This document shows, piece by piece, positions 27,960-36,962 of a stretch of 64,000 bases of DNA. The stretch is from NCBI GenBank assembly GCA_964621065.1, contig CAZULG010000001.1:78803-142802 (forward strand), given 5' to 3'. The position numbers and the translations under genes were made by a program. The notes under the pieces are model-generated. The model worked only from the letters and a program-made list of their open reading frames with translations, was not told the DNA's origin and made no database searches. The stretch comes from an uncultured Methanosarcinales archaeon. GTDB taxonomy: Archaea; Nanobdellota; Nanobdellia; Woesearchaeales; UBA583. Each line of letters begins with the position of its first letter. The first letter of the stretch is position 1.

Positions 27960-29597
27960 ATGAAACAATCTACATCTTCAAGATCTAACAAAAACAACAA
28001 TAGTGGTAATAATGAACAATCTAAAAAAGTGATTCTCATTATCAGAGATGGTTATGGAAAACGAGATGAGCGTCAAGACAATGCTGTAAAAATAGCTAAT
28101 ACTCCATACACTGATTATTTAATGGATACCTACCCAACAACGCAACTGAGAACTTCTGGTAATGATGTTGGATTGCCTGAGGGGTATATGGGAGGGAGTG
28201 AAGTTGGTCATTTAACAATTGGAAATGGAAGAGTAGTGTGGCAAAATCTTGAGCTTATCAATCGAACTATTGAAGATAAGTCTTTTTTTTCTAATGAAGC
28301 GTTTGTTGATGCAATTACATATGCAAAAAAAAATGGAAAAGCAATTCAATTAATGGGATTATTGCAAAATAAAGGAGTGCACGCTCATCAAGATCATTTA
28401 TTTGCACTACTCAGATTATGTGCTGAGCATAATATGGAACCTGATAAAATTATTATTCATATTTTTAGTGATGGGCGTGATTCTCCTCCACAAAGTGTAA
28501 AAGACTATATCAGCACATTAGAAAGAGTCATTGATGAAACAGGTGTTGGAGTGATTGGAAGTATAATTGGTAGATATTACGCAATGGATAGAGATACGAG
28601 ATGGGAGAGAATTCAAAAGGCATATGATTTGCTCACTAGCGGAGTTGGAGAACATTTCAACACAGTTCATGAAGCAGTTGATTCAATGTATGAGAGAAAT
28701 ATTACTGATGAGTTTATTCCTGCGTGTTCAATTGGTAGTTTCACAAGAGTATATGATGGAGATGTTGTAATGATGTATAATTATAGAACTGATCGAGTTA
28801 GGCAGCTTACAAAAGCACTTGTAGAGAAGGAATTTGACTCAAATAATACATTTTTTAGAAGTGTGAAATTAAATCTGCATTTTGTAGCAATGACTTCATA
28901 TTATGATAACATTCCTGCTCATATTGCCTTTGGAACACAAATCCCAAAAAACGGACTAGGAGAAGTAATTTCAAAACATAAACTACAACAACTTCGAATT
29001 AGTGAGACTGAAAAATATCCCCATGTAACATTTTTCTTCAATGGTCAACGAAACATAGAATTTAAAGGAGAAAACAGAGTATTAATCCCATCTCCTAGAA
29101 ATGTTGCAACATATGATGAAAAACCTGAGATGAGTATTTATGAAATTAAAGATGCTTTACTTCATGAGATGAAAAAAGAATATAGTCTAATTGTAGTTAA
29201 TTATGTAAATGGAGATATGGTAGGGCATACTGGAGATTTAAACGCAGCAGTTCAAGCAGTAGATGCAGTTGAAAAATGTGTTGAAGAAACAGTAAAAGAA
29301 GGATTAAAAGAAGGTTATGATTTATTAATTTTTGCAGACCATGGAAATTGTGAAGAAATGGCAGGAGAGCATCAAACATCTCACACACTCAATGATGTAG
29401 ATTGTATATTAGTAAGTAATAGAGAAGAATTACAAAAAGATAAAATTAAACTTCAATACGGAGGACTTCAAGATATTGCTCCAACAACACTTCATTTGCT
29501 TGATATTGAGGTTCCAAAGGAGATGAGTGGGAATAATTTAATTATGAGGAAAAAAGAACTCCCTCAGCATATTATTAATATATTTAAGAGAAAATAA
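27960..29597 (+). CDS. gpmI: 2,3-bisphosphoglycerate-independent phosphoglycerate mutase (bacterial GpmI type)
   Basis: ILIIRDGYG, SEVGHLTIGNGRVVWQ, SDGRDSPP, GDMVGHTG and ADHGNCE blocks. Confidence 0.85.
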   Translation: MKQSTSSRSNKNNNSGNNEQSKKVILIIRDGYGKRDERQDNAVKIANTPYTDYLMDTYPTTQLRTSGNDVGLPEGYMGGSEVGHLTIGNGRVVWQNLELINRTIEDKSFFSNEAFVDAITYAKKNGKAIQLMGLLQNKGVHAHQDHLFALLRLCAEHNMEPDKIIIHIFSDGRDSPPQSVKDYISTLERVIDETGVGVIGSIIGRYYAMDRDTRWERIQKAYDLLTSGVGEHFNTVHEAVDSMYERNITDEFIPACSIGSFTRVYDGDVVMMYNYRTDRVRQLTKALVEKEFDSNNTFFRSVKLNLHFVAMTSYYDNIPAHIAFGTQIPKNGLGEVISKHKLQQLRISETEKYPHVTFFFNGQRNIEFKGENRVLIPSPRNVATYDEKPEMSIYEIKDALLHEMKKEYSLIVVNYVNGDMVGHTGDLNAAVQAVDAVEKCVEETVKEGLKEGYDLLIFADHGNCEEMAGEHQTSHTLNDVDCILVSNREELQKDKIKLQYGGLQDIAPTTLHLLDIEVPKEMSGNNLIMRKKELPQHIINIFKRK

Positions 29598-29606
29598 TAC
29601 CCAATT

Positions 29607-29852
29607 TTATCCATTATATCCTCCATTTTCATTTAAATTTTGTTGAGCTAAATTTCCAACAACTCCTTGAAATTTATCGATTGGAATTTTTAAATTCTTA
29701 GCAATTTCTACTAAGTCTTTTTCCATTACTGAACTTGCACCTTGAGATGAGTTAAAATATAATGCTTGAACAAGAGGATGATTTTGAGCTATTTGTCTTA
29801 AAAAAGTTAGTCTTTGGGAAACTGTATATCCTTGAATATCTTTTTGTTCCAT
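29607..29852 (-). CDS. hypothetical small protein
   Basis: 81-aa ORF in an otherwise unoccupied interval. Confidence 0.4.
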   Translation of the reverse strand: MEQKDIQGYTVSQRLTFLRQIAQNHPLVQALYFNSSQGASSVMEKDLVEIAKNLKIPIDKFQGVVGNLAQQNLNENGGYNG

Positions 29853-29903
29853 TATGTTAATTCAGAATTAGTTATATTTAAAAGTTTGTAAAGTAAATTG
29901 AAT

Positions 29904-30230
29904 TCAAATTAATTCAACTTTTTTTGCCCTATTATTTCCACCTGCATTCACAGACATTTTTGAACACTCTGAGCAAGTATATCTAAAATCAGTCTTTTTG
30001 GAGTGTTTTTTGTTATACCTCTTCCATGAATTCATTGCACCACGTGATCGAGCACCACTATTACCAGTACCAGATGTAAGCCATTGCCCTCTTAGAGCAA
30101 GTCTAATTGATGAGAACTGTGTCATAGGGTGAGTTTTGTTTTTTCCTCTATTTTTTTCTATCTTAACCTTATGTAGAGAATGTTTCTTACAAGAAGGACA
30201 GTATCTTTTCATTTCTTTTGGAACTTTCAT
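29904..30230 (-). CDS. rpl44e: 50S ribosomal protein eL42 (L44e)
   Basis: MKVPKEMKRYCPSCKKHSLHKV ... YTCSECSKM zinc-ribbon pattern of L44e. A TATA box lies 21 nt upstream. Confidence 0.85.
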   Translation of the reverse strand: MKVPKEMKRYCPSCKKHSLHKVKIEKNRGKNKTHPMTQFSSIRLALRGQWLTSGTGNSGARSRGAMNSWKRYNKKHSKKTDFRYTCSECSKMSVNAGGNNRAKKVELI

Positions 30231-30251
30231 ATCTATAAAAAACTAAAACGG

Positions 30252-30260
30252 CTTTATAAA
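30252..30260 (-). promoter_or_regulatory. TATA box candidate for rpl44e
   Basis: TTTATAAAG on the minus strand, 21 nt upstream of the start at 30230. Confidence 0.45.
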
Positions 30261-30285
30261 TATTGCCTATTATAAGAATTAATTG

Positions 30286-31320
30286 TTACAAAATCTTCTT
30301 CAAAAATCGGCCTGTATGAGATTTCTCACACTGGGCAACATCTTCAGGAGTCCCAGTTACAACAACTTCTCCTCCCAGGTCTCCTCCTTCTGGCCCCATA
30401 TCAATGAGCCAATCACAACACTTTATAACATCAAGATTGTGTTCAATTACAAACATTGAATTACCTTTATCAACTAAACGATTCATTACAAGCAGTAATT
30501 TTCGAATATCTTCAAAATGAAGCCCAGTTGTTGGTTCATCTAAAATATATACTGTGTGACCCATTTTGTATTTAGCAAGCTCTTTTGTGAGTTTAATTCT
30601 TTGAGACTCTCCTCCTGATAATTGAGTTGAAGGTTGTCCAAGTTTAATATATCCTAGTCCAACATCTTGAAGTGTTTGTAATTTTCGATGAATTGAAGGA
30701 TGATTCTCAAAAAACTCAACTGCGCGATTAACATCCATCTCCAAGACTTCTGCAATATTGTGTCCTCTGTATAACACTTCTAATGTATCTTGATTATATC
30801 TCTTCCCTCTACACGATTCACACTCAACAAACACATCAGGTAGAAAATTCATCTCTATTTTTATCACACCATCCCCTCGACAATCTTCGCAACGTCCACC
30901 TTTGACATTAAATGAAAATCGTCCAACATCATACCCTCTCACTTGCGCTTCTTTTGTCATTGCAAAAATTTTTCGAATATCATCAAACATTTTAATATAC
31001 GTTGCAGGGTTTGATCGAGGAGTTTTTCCAATTGGAGATTGATCTATCACAATTATCTCTTGAACTTCATCTGGAACTGTGAGCTCTTCATGTTCTCCTA
31101 TGTGACCATCTACTACGTATCCAATATGTTTTTGTAGTGCTTTTGTGAACGTTTGAGTTGTAAGTGTTGACTTTCCAGAACCACTCACACCTGTAATTCC
31201 ACACATAACATTGAGTGGAAATTTTACTGATACATTTTTTAAATTATTCTCATTTGCTCCAATGAGCTCAATATATTTATTTGAATTTTGTGGTTTTTTA
31301 GAAGAAGATTTCTTTCTCAT
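30286..31320 (-). CDS. stand-alone UvrA C-terminal half (second ABC ATPase module with zinc finger)
   Basis: Near-collinear with the UvrA C-terminal half: [62 protein letters not shown]...[20 protein letters not shown] and [13 protein letters not shown]. The ORF is only 344 aa. Confidence 0.8.
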   Translation of the reverse strand: MRKKSSSKKPQNSNKYIELIGANENNLKNVSVKFPLNVMCGITGVSGSGKSTLTTQTFTKALQKHIGYVVDGHIGEHEELTVPDEVQEIIVIDQSPIGKTPRSNPATYIKMFDDIRKIFAMTKEAQVRGYDVGRFSFNVKGGRCEDCRGDGVIKIEMNFLPDVFVECESCRGKRYNQDTLEVLYRGHNIAEVLEMDVNRAVEFFENHPSIHRKLQTLQDVGLGYIKLGQPSTQLSGGESQRIKLTKELAKYKMGHTVYILDEPTTGLHFEDIRKLLLVMNRLVDKGNSMFVIEHNLDVIKCCDWLIDMGPEGGDLGGEVVVTGTPEDVAQCEKSHTGRFLKKIL

Positions 31321-31380
31321 TATATATAGATAAATGTGTTAATTTAAATAAGTTTTGAATTGAAAAGGCAAGAAAATTAT

Positions 31381-31602
31381 TTAAATTAATTCTCCAATTT
31401 CAACTTCTTCTTCATTCAATTCTTCTTCCTCAAAGATTTCATCAATCTCATCATCTTGAGAACTTGTTTCTTCTTCTTGTTCATCAACTCCTGAGTCTTG
31501 TGTTGAATTAGAAAGATCTACATCCTCATTAGCACTACAACCAGCAATAAATACTGCTAGTATCATAGCAACTATTATGAAAAGTTTATTTTGAGTATTC
31601 AT
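31381..31602 (-). CDS. small acidic lipoprotein (lipobox IAGC)
   Basis: MNTQNKLFIIVAMILAVFIAGC is a signal peptide ending in a lipobox. The mature part is D/E-rich. Confidence 0.6.
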   Translation of the reverse strand: MNTQNKLFIIVAMILAVFIAGCSANEDVDLSNSTQDSGVDEQEEETSSQDDEIDEIFEEEELNEEEVEIGELI

Positions 31603-31665
31603 TTTATATTATAAATAATTAATATACTTATTAAATGTTTTTATTTATTTAATAAGTGAATATAA

Positions 31666-33036
31666 TTATTCTGAACTCACCTCCGCATTTGATTCAATCT
31701 CAACTCTTGTACTTGTGTTGTTATCTTCGTCTGATATTTCACCTCTGTTTGATCGAACAGAGTTATAATCTTCATCCATTTCTAATTCAGAATTCTCGCA
31801 TTTTCCTTCATATTGAATTTGAGCTCCTCTACTCTTAGCCACACATTCATTAGGATAAGTCCTCATTCGCGGTGGTTGACACGCTCTACCTTCAGGACAA
31901 CCTTCAAAACTAGGTCTTGCACACACAGGGGCGTATTCACGAGTACATACTTGAGGTCTATCATTTCCTGAATTGATGACTCTATCTCTAGCTCTATCAA
32001 TTCTATTATTTAGTCTCTCTAATCGCTCATTTCTTACTTCTTCAAGTCTTTGTTGGGATTGTTCGTTATTATCTCTAACTTCTGAAGTTGATGCAGAGGC
32101 TACGTTCCTATTTTCGATTCTCTCTCTCACTCGATCTTGTCTCTCAACTAATCGTTTTTCTAATCGTTCATTTCTTGTTTGAGCTCTCTTTTGAACAACT
32201 TCTTGAATTTCCTGGGCTCGCTCTCTTGCTTCAATTCCCTCTCGAGTTGCAATTTCTCGAACTCGTTGAAGAGCTTCTTGTCTCTCTTCTTGATTTCTAT
32301 CTCTAATTACTTGAGCCAATCCTTGTCTTGCTTCTTGAATTGAAATATTTCCTGATTCTAAATCTTCAACGAATCCATATTCATCTCCTTCAATATCAAG
32401 TCTTACAACTAATTCTCTAAACTGATCAACTTGAAATTCTCTTTTTCGCTCATCAATTTGCTCTTTAAATTCTTCTCTTTTTTGTTCTCGAATTTCTTGA
32501 AGTTCTTCTCTTATTTCTTCTCTTTCTTCTTCACTCAACACCTCTCTTGCAAGAGTTCTAAATTCACTTGTTAATTCAACTGCGTCTTGCTTGTATGATA
32601 CAAAATCTCTTGCCATCTCATTTGAAGGATTTGAGTAATTAAATTCTTCTAATTCTATAACTACTACGTCTAATGAATCCACAATTTGTGACATTCTATC
32701 ATATTGAGTACAGTTACAAGGGGGGTATCTTAATTTTTCCAATATAACTTCTGCACCTTCAATATTTGCCTCAACATTTCTCATCAACTGCATCACTCGA
32801 ACTTGAGCTCCTCTTTGATTTGAAACTTCTCCCACTAATCTTGAACTAACTTCTGCATTAGTTGAAGAATTGACTCCTGTATTAGTTGAAACTGCCTCAA
32901 CTTCATCGGGAAGACCATCTCCATCACTATCTGAATCTCTGTTCTCAGTAGTTTCATTTGTATCAGCATACACTGAGAATACACTTATACTCATCAGCAT
33001 AAATAACACTAATATCATATTTGTAATTTTTTTCAT
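31666..33036 (-). CDS. secreted coiled-coil protein with TSP3-like acidic motif and C-terminal Kazal-like Cys-rich domain
   Basis: A signal peptide and the motif DSDSDGDGLPDE are present. A long R/E-rich helical region follows. The C-terminus is CTREYAPVCARPSFEGCPEGRACQPPRMRTYPNECVAKSRGAQIQYEGKC. Confidence 0.6.
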   Translation of the reverse strand: MKKITNMILVLFMLMSISVFSVYADTNETTENRDSDSDGDGLPDEVEAVSTNTGVNSSTNAEVSSRLVGEVSNQRGAQVRVMQLMRNVEANIEGAEVILEKLRYPPCNCTQYDRMSQIVDSLDVVVIELEEFNYSNPSNEMARDFVSYKQDAVELTSEFRTLAREVLSEEEREEIREELQEIREQKREEFKEQIDERKREFQVDQFRELVVRLDIEGDEYGFVEDLESGNISIQEARQGLAQVIRDRNQEERQEALQRVREIATREGIEARERAQEIQEVVQKRAQTRNERLEKRLVERQDRVRERIENRNVASASTSEVRDNNEQSQQRLEEVRNERLERLNNRIDRARDRVINSGNDRPQVCTREYAPVCARPSFEGCPEGRACQPPRMRTYPNECVAKSRGAQIQYEGKCENSELEMDEDYNSVRSNRGEISDEDNNTSTRVEIESNAEVSSE

Positions 33037-33136
33037 TTTGTTAAATCACCTTTTAGTACATATACTATGCTCGGAACACTATATAAACAATTGCTCGAAT
33101 TTGGCGGAACAATGAGGAATATGAGAAGAAAAATGA

Positions 33137-34021
33137 TTATTTTGGTTCTAAGTTTAATCTTTCAAGATTTAATTCTAATACATTAGTATTTCCACTCTCC
33201 TTTTTTACAATTATATGTTTATTCACTAATGATTGGATATTTCTTGAAACTGAAGATTTAGGAATGTTGAGTTTTTTCTCAAGCAGTCTTTGAGTGATTC
33301 GTTTTTCACTGCATAAAATTGAAATTATCTTTTGTTGACGAAGAGGAAGATGAGAAAACTGATTTTTTGTACTCCCATAATCAATTTGTTCATTGATATG
33401 AGAATGTGGGTTTAAATTTTGAGACCCATCTTCTTTTGTGTTGATATTCAACGTATTATTTTTTATTGAGTTATTTCTCATACGTATAAAATAAAAACTC
33501 ATAATTAATAATAAGAGTACAATTAAAACTATGAGTATTATCAGTTGTGTATTAGTAAAATAATTTTGAAAAGCACTCTCTTGTTCATTAGAACTATGAG
33601 AGTATTGTATAAGTAAATTAAATGTATTTTGCTCTCCCACTCCTACAACATTTAATCGAGAATCAACAGTTTCAAATCGAATATTAGGTGTCGTTTTTAT
33701 ATAATTTATACTACTGTGTTTTGGCAAAATAACTCTAAATAAGTATTTAGAAAATTCTTCATCAACTGATATGTTCAACAACCACATCTCTGCTTCTTTA
33801 GAAGTATATTGGTGTGTTTGAATATCTTTAAACCCTTCATAATTTGTAATACCATCAATATTGACAAGGCCCGTATCACTCACTTCAATTTCAATATCTG
33901 CGTAATATTCACCCAATTCACCCGATTCATCATAAGATGAAAAAATAAAAGAAGAGAAGAGGAGAGCTGTAATAATTACAACTAATAATCGTTTGCACAT
34001 AGAACTAAAAATCATTTTCAT
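33137..34021 (-). CDS. membrane-tethered winged-helix transcription regulator (extracellular domain, TM, cytoplasmic wHTH)
   Basis: N-terminal signal/TM, a second TM (LIILIVLIVLLLLIMSFYFI) and a C-terminal wHTH (ITQRLLEKKLNIPKSSVSRNIQSLVNKHII). Confidence 0.6.
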   Translation of the reverse strand: MKMIFSSMCKRLLVVIITALLFSSFIFSSYDESGELGEYYADIEIEVSDTGLVNIDGITNYEGFKDIQTHQYTSKEAEMWLLNISVDEEFSKYLFRVILPKHSSINYIKTTPNIRFETVDSRLNVVGVGEQNTFNLLIQYSHSSNEQESAFQNYFTNTQLIILIVLIVLLLLIMSFYFIRMRNNSIKNNTLNINTKEDGSQNLNPHSHINEQIDYGSTKNQFSHLPLRQQKIISILCSEKRITQRLLEKKLNIPKSSVSRNIQSLVNKHIIVKKESGNTNVLELNLERLNLEPK

Positions 34022-34096
34022 AATTATTTTTGTAAAATAAAGTATTTAATACTTTTTATTTTTAACTCCATTGATTTTTTTCAATTATTTAAGTAT

Positions 34097-36157
34097 TTAC
34101 TTCTTCTCTTTTAACACAATAATTCCATACGGAGCTACAACATCTAATTCAACTTCTCGTGTGAGTAATTCAAAATTGGTACTAGGATAATTTTTCAATA
34201 TATTTGGATAATTTGCAATTCCCATTCCACAATATTCAAACTTATCTGAGTTGAATATAACTTCAAAATCTCGTTGTGTAGTCAATCCAACTTTATAATT
34301 ATGATGCTTCCACGCGGAGAAATTGATTATTATAATGAATCTCTCTTCTTCTCCTTGCTCACTCTTGCCCAAACGCTCAACAACTAACATTTTAGCGCTA
34401 TCATCAACATTTAAGTACTTTCTCTTATCAACATTACACGGCCAAAACGCAGGATGTTTCATAATTGAGTTGACTTCTCGCTTAAAATTGACCATATTCT
34501 TATTAGCTTCATTAAATGTTAAGTGCCAATGAATTGAGCAGTCATGTTCAAATGTTCCTGCTTGAAGTAGAAATGTTTGGAGTAAATCGAGCGTTCTTCC
34601 CTCTCTGAAAAATGAAATAAATGCTTCCATAACTTTAATTTTTCCAACTGCATGTGGATGATTTGCAGGATTTTTCGCCATCATTGCATCATATGCATAT
34701 GAGCCTGTTGCTCTTTGCTCCATAAGTCCAGCTGCTGCGTCATGGTTATGAAAATCTGCAACAGTTGAGTTAGAACCTCCCCACTCCATCTCATCAGTGA
34801 TATGTTTAAACTTCCACATTGAGACTTCTTCAACTGATTTGAGCATATACTGAGTGTGAAAATAATAGGTAAGTCTTGAACTATTATACGCAGTTGCCCC
34901 CAAAGCGCGTGAGCTTGATTGAATTGGAGCTACTAACATTTTTGCATTATCTTCATAATAATAGTGCGCTTCGTAGTGAATAAGAGCTTGAGGATTATAT
35001 AAATAAATATGATAATTTAACTCTTTTAAAAATACACGCCCATACGCCCTCTCATCTCCTTCTCCATTATCCCCATAGCGAATAATTCCATCAACATTGT
35101 CAATTCTAAATCCATCAATTTTGTAGCGTTTCATAAAATGCAAACATGAGGAGTACAAAAATTCCCTTACTAAAGTGTTATGAGTGTCAGGTCGTCTTGA
35201 ACCCCAAGAAGTTTCATCTTTTAAATACAAGCACTCATTATCACTCTTCTTCCACAAATGAATTCCATTTACATCACAATCTTGTCCAAAAATTTTAAAG
35301 TCTCTATCTGGAAAGTGACCTATAACAAAATCTCCTATCACAGCAATATCGTATTTGTGGAACTCATCAACCATTTGTGCAAATTCATCAGGAGTTCCCC
35401 AATTTTTTTGAATTGCATATTGAAACGGAACTAAATATCTCAACTTCCAGTTATCACCATCAATACTTTGTGCAAATGGTAAAAATTGAATCGTGTTAAA
35501 TCCAAGCTCCTTAATTGCTTCAACTACTCCACTTTGCGCAATAAATTTGTAATATTCTTTTTGTTTCACATCTCGCCCACAAACTCCACTTTTATTTGCA
35601 TAGTGTGCAATCAAACCTGGCAGATCTGTTTGCATGACTCTCACGCTTCTATTACAATTATCGATTAATGAATATTGTTGTTTGTAAGCACTTGGATCTT
35701 CAAAATCCCAAAACACAGTATTTCCAAAATCTGTAAAATAATGTCCAGCAGGGTCTTGCATGAGCCACTCAAACCTTCCATTATATATTAAAAATTTATA
35801 TTCATCTTTATGTGTAATTACTCCTTCTAATTCTACACTATAAAATGCGTGATACTCATCAGGGAGTAGTTCGTATGCTTCGAGTTGTTCAATATCTCGC
35901 TCCCAATTATTAAAATTCCCAACTAAAAACACTCTCCAATATTTATTTAATACAAGTGTTGAAAATTTGACTTTCTTTGCAGTATTATCTGTGTTACGCG
36001 TCAACACTTGAGGACCAAATCGTGAATTCCAATTTGTTATATCTTGTTTATTACTAAGCTTTGAATTACAAAGTTCTTCCCATTGATATGTATTATGAGA
36101 CTCTTCCATTACTGAGAAATTATTTTTTTTCATTATATAAATCTGCGTAGCACACAC
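34097..36157 (-). CDS. GH13 alpha-amylase family enzyme, glucan branching enzyme-like
   Basis: VFLVGNFNNWE (CBM48-like), IGDFVIGHFP, IDGFRIDNVDG and FHNHD conserved regions. The start is uncertain: the track start is GTG, and ATGs at 36133 or 36109 are alternatives. Confidence 0.75.
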   Translation of the reverse strand: MCATQIYIMKKNNFSVMEESHNTYQWEELCNSKLSNKQDITNWNSRFGPQVLTRNTDNTAKKVKFSTLVLNKYWRVFLVGNFNNWERDIEQLEAYELLPDEYHAFYSVELEGVITHKDEYKFLIYNGRFEWLMQDPAGHYFTDFGNTVFWDFEDPSAYKQQYSLIDNCNRSVRVMQTDLPGLIAHYANKSGVCGRDVKQKEYYKFIAQSGVVEAIKELGFNTIQFLPFAQSIDGDNWKLRYLVPFQYAIQKNWGTPDEFAQMVDEFHKYDIAVIGDFVIGHFPDRDFKIFGQDCDVNGIHLWKKSDNECLYLKDETSWGSRRPDTHNTLVREFLYSSCLHFMKRYKIDGFRIDNVDGIIRYGDNGEGDERAYGRVFLKELNYHIYLYNPQALIHYEAHYYYEDNAKMLVAPIQSSSRALGATAYNSSRLTYYFHTQYMLKSVEEVSMWKFKHITDEMEWGGSNSTVADFHNHDAAAGLMEQRATGSYAYDAMMAKNPANHPHAVGKIKVMEAFISFFREGRTLDLLQTFLLQAGTFEHDCSIHWHLTFNEANKNMVNFKREVNSIMKHPAFWPCNVDKRKYLNVDDSAKMLVVERLGKSEQGEEERFIIIINFSAWKHHNYKVGLTTQRDFEVIFNSDKFEYCGMGIANYPNILKNYPSTNFELLTREVELDVVAPYGIIVLKEKK

Positions 36158-36205
36158 TAAGTAGAGAATTTATATGAGAGTAGTTAAAAAGTTGAGTGAA
36201 TAAGT

Positions 36206-36216
36206 TTTATATAAAT
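36206..36216 (+). promoter_or_regulatory. TATA box candidate for the SBDS gene
   Basis: TTTATATAAAT ends 20 nt before the ATG at 36237. Confidence 0.45.
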
Positions 36217-36236
36217 ACGTCAATTTATTAGTTATT

Positions 36237-36962
36237 ATGGCAAGCGCAGATAAATCATGCATAATTAGATATAAAAAAGCAGGAGTTGAAGTTGAAGCAT
36301 TAGTTGAATATAGAGAATTAGTTAATTATTTAGAGCAGAGTGAGAGTGAAAATTCCACTCAAGAACAAAACTCAATTTATGATGTGTTCGTAACACCCCA
36401 GTTATATTCAGACTCAAACAAAGGTCTTGAAGCTGATTATGATACAATTAAACAATTATTTGAAAAAATGAGTGAAGAAGAGATACTCATTGAAATTGCT
36501 CGCCATGGTGACGCTCAAATTCCAACAAGTTATATGAATGAGCTTCGAGAGAAAAAGAAAGAGCAAATTATTAATTATATTGCTTCTCAAACAATTAATC
36601 CACAAACAAAACAAAAATACTCACAATCATTAATTTCAAATGAAATAGAATCTCTAACATTTACAGTTCACCCCTACAAAGATCATATTAAACAAGCAGA
36701 AGATATATTTAAGGAGTTGAAGAAGAAAATTCCAATTAAATTTGATAATTCACTACTTATTATTCAAATTCCCTCTCAATACTCTGGAAAGTTAATAGGA
36801 ACAATACGAAAGTTTGGAACTATTGAAAAGCAATTTTATGATGAACTTGGAGTACTGCATCTTCATTTAAACATACCAACAAGTCGATTAGAAGAAGTTG
36901 AGACATTTGTTAAAAACGAAACCAACGGTAGTGGAAGTTATTATGTTCACAAAGATGAATAG
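36237..36962 (+). CDS. sdo1: ribosome maturation protein SBDS/Sdo1
   Basis: N-terminus IIRYKKAGVEVEALVEY and a three-domain length. A TATA box lies 20 nt upstream. Confidence 0.75.
   Translation: MASADKSCIIRYKKAGVEVEALVEYRELVNYLEQSESENSTQEQNSIYDVFVTPQLYSDSNKGLEADYDTIKQLFEKMSEEEILIEIARHGDAQIPTSYMNELREKKKEQIINYIASQTINPQTKQKYSQSLISNEIESLTFTVHPYKDHIKQAEDIFKELKKKIPIKFDNSLLIIQIPSQYSGKLIGTIRKFGTIEKQFYDELGVLHLHLNIPTSRLEEVETFVKNETNGSGSYYVHKDE

Noticed and set aside
30286-31320. The half-UvrA could simply be the 3' fragment of a disrupted full-length uvrA.
   Set aside because: This is only partly rejected. No UvrA N-terminal coding potential is visible in any frame upstream (31321-31700 encodes an unrelated lipoprotein), and the ORF has its own ATG and a TATA box at canonical spacing. 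Decay of an ancestral full-length gene cannot be excluded without comparative data.
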